DNA of 64,000 bases. Origin: Pristiophorus japonicus (lineage: Eukaryota). The stretch covers positions 26,474,001-26,538,000 of the forward strand of contig NC_091995.1 of NCBI RefSeq assembly GCF_044704955.1, read 5' to 3'. The notes beneath the pieces are model-generated. The model was not told the origin of the DNA and searched no databases. It saw only the letters and a list, made by a program, of their open reading frames with translations. Shown here one piece after another: positions 58,901 through 64,000 of this stretch. The translations under genes and the position numbers were made by a program. Numbering within the stretch: the first letter of the stretch is position 1; each line of letters begins with the position of its first letter.

Positions 58901-61900
58901 GAGGCTGGGGGCGGGGGCGGGGGCGGGGCGGGTAAAGAGATGGAGAGAGAGGCTGGTGGGGGGGTGGCGGTGGGAGAGAGAGAGAGGCTGGGGGGGTGGG
59001 GGAGAGAGAGAGAGGGTGGGGGCGGGGGCGGGGCGGGTAAAGAGATGGAGAGAGAGGCTGGTGGGGGGTGGGGGAGAGAGAGAGAGGCTGGGGGGGTGGG
59101 GGAGAGAGAGAGGCTGGGGGGGTGGGGGAGAGAGAGAGAGGCTGGGGGGGTGGGGGAGAGAGAGAGAGGCTGGGGGGGTGGGGGAGAGAGAGAGGCTGGG
59201 GGGGTGGGGGAGAGAGAGAGGCTGGGGGGGTGGGGGAGAGAGAGAGAGGCTGGGGGGGTGGGGGAGAGAGAGAGAGGCTGGGGGGGTGGGGGAGAGAGAG
59301 AGGCTGGGGGGGTGGGGGAGAGAGNNNNNNNNNNNNNNNNNNNNNNNNNNNNNNNNNNNNNNNNNNNNNNNNNNNNNNNNNNNNNNNNNNNNNNNNNNNN
59401 NNNNNNNNNNNNNNNNNNNNNNNNNNNNNNNNNNNNNNNNNNNNNNNNNNNNNNNNNNNNNNNNNGGGGAGAGAGAGAGGCTGGGGGGTGGTGGGGGAGA
59501 GAGAGAGGATGGGGGGGGTGGGGGAGAGAGAGGATGGGGGGGGTGGGGGAGAGAGAGAGAGGCTGGGGGGGGTGGGGGAGAGAGAGAGAGGCTGGGGGGG
59601 GTGGGGGAGAGAGAGAGAGGCTGGGGGGGGTGGGGGAGAGAGAGAGGCTGGGGGGGGTGGTGGGGGAGAGAGAGAGGATGGGGGGAGAGAGAGAGGCTGG
59701 GGGGGTGGTGGGGGAGAGAGAGAGGATGGGGGGGGGGGGAGAGAGAGAGGATGGGGGGGTGGGGAGAGAGAGAGGATGGGGGGGGGGGGGAGAGAGAGAG
59801 GATGGGGGGGGTGGGGGAGAGAGGATGGGGGGGTGGGGGAGAGAGGCTGGGGGGGTGGGGGAGAGAGAGAGAGGCTGGGGGGGGTGGGGGAGAGAGAGAG
59901 AGGCTGGGGGGGGGGTGGGGGAGAGAGAGAGAGGCTGGGGGGGGGTGGGGGAGAGAGAGAGAGAGGCGGGGGGGGTGGGGAGAGAGAGAGAGGCTGGGGG
60001 GGTGGGGGAGAGAGAGAGGCTGAGGGGGGGGTGGGGGAGAGACAGAGGCTGGGGGGGGTGGGGTGGGGTGAGAGAGGGGCTGGGGGGTGGGGGAGAGAGA
60101 GAGGCTGGGGGGGTGGGGTGGGGGTGGGGGAGAGAGAGAGAGGCTGGGGGGGTGGGGGAGAGAGAGAGGCTGAGGGGGGGTGGGGAGAGACAGAGGCTGG
60201 GGGGGGGGTGGGGGGTAGAGAGGCTGGGGGGGGCGGGGGAAAAGAGAGAGGCTGGGGGGCGGGGGGGAGAGAGAGGCTGGGGGGGCTGGGGGGGAGAGAG
60301 AGGCTGAGGGTGGGGGGAGAGAGGGGCTGAGGGGGGGGAGAGAGGGGCTGGGGGGGAGAGAGAGGCTGAGGGGGGGAGAGAGAGGCTGGGGGGGTGGCGG
60401 GGGAGAGAGAAGCTGGGGGGGCGGGGGGGAGAGAGAAGCTGGGGGGCCGGGGGGGAGAGAGAAGCTTGGGGGGTGGGGAGGAGAGAGAGGCTGAGGGGGG
60501 GAGAGAGGCTGGGGGGCTAGGGGGGAGAGAGAGGCTGAGGGGGGGGAGAAAGAGGCTGAGGGGGGGAGAGAGAGGCTGGGGGGTTGGCGGGGGAGAGAGA
60601 GGCTAGGGGGGGCCGGGGGGGAGAGAGAGGCTGGGGGGGGCGGGGGGGAGAGAGAAGCTGGGGGGGTGGGGGGAGAGAAAAGCTGGGGGGGGTGGGGGGA
60701 AGAGAGAGGCTGAGGGGGGGGGAGAGAGAGAGACTGAGGGGGGGGGAGAGAGAGGCTGGGGGGGAGAGAGAGGCTGAGGGGGGGAGAGAGAGGCTGGGGG
60801 GTGGTGGGGGAGAGAGAGGCTGGGGGGGTGGCGGGGAGAGAGAAGCTGGGGGGCACAGGGGGAGAGAGAAGCTGGGGGGCGCGGGGGGAGAGAGAAGCTG
60901 GGGGGCGCGGGGGGAGAGAGGCGGGGGGCGGGGGAGAGAGGCGGGGGGGCGGGGTGAGAGAGGCAGGGGGGGCGGGGGTAGAGAGGCAGGGGGGAGAGAG
61001 GCTGGGGGGGCGGGGGAGAGAGAGGCTGGGGGGGCGGGGGGTAGAGAGGCGGGGGGGGCGGGGGAGAGAGAGAGGCGGGGGGGGCGGGGGAGAGAGAGAG
61101 GCGGGGGGGGCGGGGGAGAGAGAGAGGCGGGGGGGGCGGGGGAGAGAGAGAGGCGGGGGGCAGAGAGAGAGAGAGAGAGGCTGGGGCGGGGGGGGGGGGG
61201 GAGAGAGAGGCTGGGGCGGGGGGGGGGGAGAGAGAGGCTGGGGCGGGGGGGGAGAGAGAGGCTGGGGCGGGGGGGGGGGAGAGAGAGGCTGGGGCGGCGG
61301 GGGGGGGAAGAGAGAGAGAGAGAGGCTGGGGTGAGGGGGAGAGAGAGAGGCTGGGGGGAGAGAGAGAGAGGCTGGGGCGGGGGGAGAGAGAGAAAGGCTG
61401 GGGTGGGGGGGAGAGAGAGAGGCTGGGGGGGGCGGGAGAGAGAGAGGCTGGGGGGGGCGGGGGAGAGAGAGAGGCTGGGGGGGCGGGGGAGAGAGAGAGG
61501 CTGGGGGGGGCGGGGGAGAGAGAGAGGCTGGGGGGAGAGAGAGAGGCTGGGGGGGGAGAGAGAGAGAGGCTGGGGCGGGGGAGAGAGAGAGGCTGGGGCG
61601 GGGGGGGGGGAGAGAGAGAGAGAGAGAGAGGCTGGGGCGGGGGGGAGAGAGAGAGAGGCTGTGGGGGGGAGAGAGAGAGGCTGGGGGGGGAGAGAGAGAG
61701 GCTGGGGGGGGAGAGAGAGAGGCTGGGGCGGGGGGGATAGAGAGAGAGGCTGGGGCGGGGGAGGGAGAGAGAGAGGCTGGGGCGGGGGGGAGGGAGAGAG
61801 AGAGGCTGGGGGATGGAGAGAGAGATGCTGGGGGATGCAGAGAGAGAAGCTGGGGGGGATGGAGAGAAAGAGAGGCTGGGGGGGTGGAGAGAGAGAGAGG

Positions 61901-63313
61901 CTGGGGGGTGAAGGGAGAGAAACTGGGGGGGGGGGAGAGAGGCTGTCGGGGTGAACGAGAGGCGGGGGGAACGAGAGGAGGGGGGGAACGAGAGGCGGGG
62001 GGGAGGAAAGAGGCGCTGGAGAGGTGGGGGGGGGTAGTATAGAGAGCTGTGTGGTGGGGGGGTGGAGGAGAGAGAGAGTCTGGGGCGGAGGGGGGAGAGA
62101 GGCTGGGGGGGAGAGAGAGCGAGGCGGGGGGGAGAGAGAGAGGCTGGGGCGGGGGGGGAGAGAGAGAGGCTGGGGCGGGGGGGGAGAGAGAGAGGCTGGG
62201 GCGGGGGGGAGAGAGAGAGGCTGGGGCGGGGGGGAGAGAGAGAGAGGCTGGTGGGGGAGAGAGAGAGGCTGCGGGGGGGAGAGAGAGAGGCTGCGGGGAT
62301 GGAGAGAGAGAGGCTGGGGGGATGGAGAGAGAGAGGCTGCGGGGGGGAGAGAGAGAGGCTGGGGGGATGGAGAGAGAGAGGCTGGGGGGATGGAGAGAGA
62401 GAGGCTGGGGGGATGGAGAGAGAGAGGCTGGGGGGTGGAGAGAGAGAGGCTGGGGGGTGGAGAGAGAGAGGCTGGGGGGGAAGGGGCTGGGGAGGGGGGG
62501 GAGAGAGGCTGTAGGGGGGAACGAGAGGCGGGGGGGGAACGAGAGGCGAGGGGGAACGAGAGGCGGGGGTGAGGAAAGAGAGGCTGGGGGGGGAGGAGAA
62601 GAGAGTGGCCGGGGGGGGGGGGAGAGAAGAGTGTGGCTGGAGAGGTGGGGGGGGTAGTATAGAGAGCTGTGTGGTGGGGGGGTTGGAGGAGAGAGAGGCT
62701 GGGGTTGCGGGGATGAGGGAAGTAGAGAGAGGTTGGGTATGGGGGAAGAGAGAGAGAGAGAGAGTCTGGGGGTGAGAGAGGCTGGGGGGGTTGAAGAGAG
62801 GGGGGTTGGAGAGGGTGCCTGGTGGGGGGAGGTAGGCTGGGGGGAGGGGGATAGGAGGGCGAGGCTGGGGGAGGTGTAGGAGAGAGAGAGGCTGCGGGTT
62901 GAGAGAAAGTGGCTGGGGTGCGGGGAGAGGGAGGCTGGCTGGGGTGGGGGGGATGAGAGGGAGGCTGGCGGGGAGAGAGAAAAAGTGACAGGGGTGGGGG
63001 AGAGGGAAGAGGGGTCGCGGGTCCGAGGTGGGGGGGCACAGGAAGAGTGAGGCCGGTGGAGGGGTAGGGGGCTGGAAGAGAAAGAGAGAGATAGAGAGAG
63101 AGTGTGAGGTGTTGGGGTGGGGGCTGATGGCGGTGGAGAGTGAGGCTGGGGGTGGGGATGATAATGGGGCTGGGGGGGGAAAGAGAGAGGTTGGGGTGGA
63201 ATAGAGAGAGGCTGGGGATGTGGGGTGAGGGGCTGGGTGGCAGGAGACTGAGTCTGGGGGTGGGGGAGAGGGAGAGAGAGGTTGGGGAGGAGGGGGAGGA
63301 GAGAGAGGCGGGG

Positions 63314-63360
<47 letters not shown>

Positions 63361-64000
63361 TGGGGGTGGGGGAGAGGGGCTGTGGGGGGGGGTGGGGAGA
63401 GAGGCTGTGCGGGGGGGTGGAGAGAGGGGCTGGGGGGGAGAAGAGAGGGGCTGGGGGGGAGAAGAGAGGGGCTGGGGGGGAGAAGAGGGGGCTGCGGGGG
63501 GGAGGAAAGAGAGGCTGGGGGGCAGGAAAGAGTGGCTGGGGGTGCTGGGGGGAGGAGAGAGGCTGGGGGGGAAGAGAGGGGCTTGGGGGGGAGAAGAGAG
63601 GGGCTGGGGGGAAGAAGAGGGGGCTGCGAGGGGGGGAGGAAAGAGAGGCTGGGGTGGGAGGAAAGAGTGGCTGGGGGTGCTGGGGGGGAGGAGAGAGGCT
63701 GGGGGGCTGAGGGAGGCTGGGGGGTTGGTTGGAGAGCGCGTCTGGTGGGGGCAGTAGGCTGGGAGGAGTCGGGTAGGAGTGCGAGGCTCGGGGGGTGTGG
63801 TAGGAGAGAGAGAGGCTGCAGGGGAGAGAGAAAGTTGCTGGGGTGGTGGGAGAGGGAAGAGGGGCCGCCGGTGTGAGGGGGTCACAGGAAGAGTGAGGCC
63901 AGTGGAGGGGTGGGGTAGGGTGGTGAGGGAGGGAAGAGTGAGAGTGAGAGTGAGAGTGAGAGACTGAGGTGTTGGGGGGAGGGAAGGAGGATGGGGGAGA
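58901..64000. repeat. Large strand-asymmetric G/A-rich tandem tract (unit ~GAGAGAGAGGCTGGGGGGGTGGGG)
   Basis: Direct reading; continues to the window end. Confidence 0.95.
59325..59464. other. Assembly gap (~140 N)
   Basis: Run of N. Confidence 0.99.

Noticed and set aside
51397-63967. Very long Pro/Ser/Leu-rich and Gly/Glu/Arg-rich ORFs (up to 1122 aa)
   Set aside because: Translations of stop-poor G/A minisatellites, open in several frames on both strands.
58901-64000. Immunoglobulin switch-region analogue (GGCT hotspots, G clusters)
   Set aside because: No Ig constant exons nearby, and it lacks the AGCT-rich pentamer structure; a simple satellite is sufficient.

Overview
Vertebrate genomic DNA, almost certainly from a cartilaginous fish (shark or ray). 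This is inferred only from the repeat content: abundant CR1 LINEs, DeuSINE-type SINEs, and Tx1 and Harbinger elements. Most of the window is transposon-derived: a Gypsy LTR element, about 10 CR1 fragments, RTE, L2, a Tx1-clade L1, a Harbinger DNA transposon, SINEs, minisatellites and a >5 kb G/A-rich tract with an assembly gap. The host gene content is a tandem array (about 3.5 kb period, 17.8-33.3 kb, plus a remnant at 47-48 kb) of a small immunoglobulin-superfamily receptor gene. One copy is intact: exons 17909-17981, 18831-19220 and 19413-19720, 256 aa, with a leader, one V-set domain of VSTM5/HEPACAM/CEACAM/CD2 type lacking the canonical disulfide, a stalk, and a transmembrane helix carrying an arginine. 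Five copies are pseudogenes. The two most unusual signals are (1) this putative activating Ig-receptor family undergoing birth-and-death evolution, possibly with a SINE-derived ITIM exon, and (2) a 305-nt poly(A)-tailed element at 50945-51249 built from U2 (and probably U1) snRNA parts with preserved hairpins and Sm site. That element lies in a sequence that is duplicated on both sides of a Tx1 retrotransposon, echoing the SINEU/Tx1 system known from crocodilians. All alignments were made by eye, so repeat boundaries are approximate.
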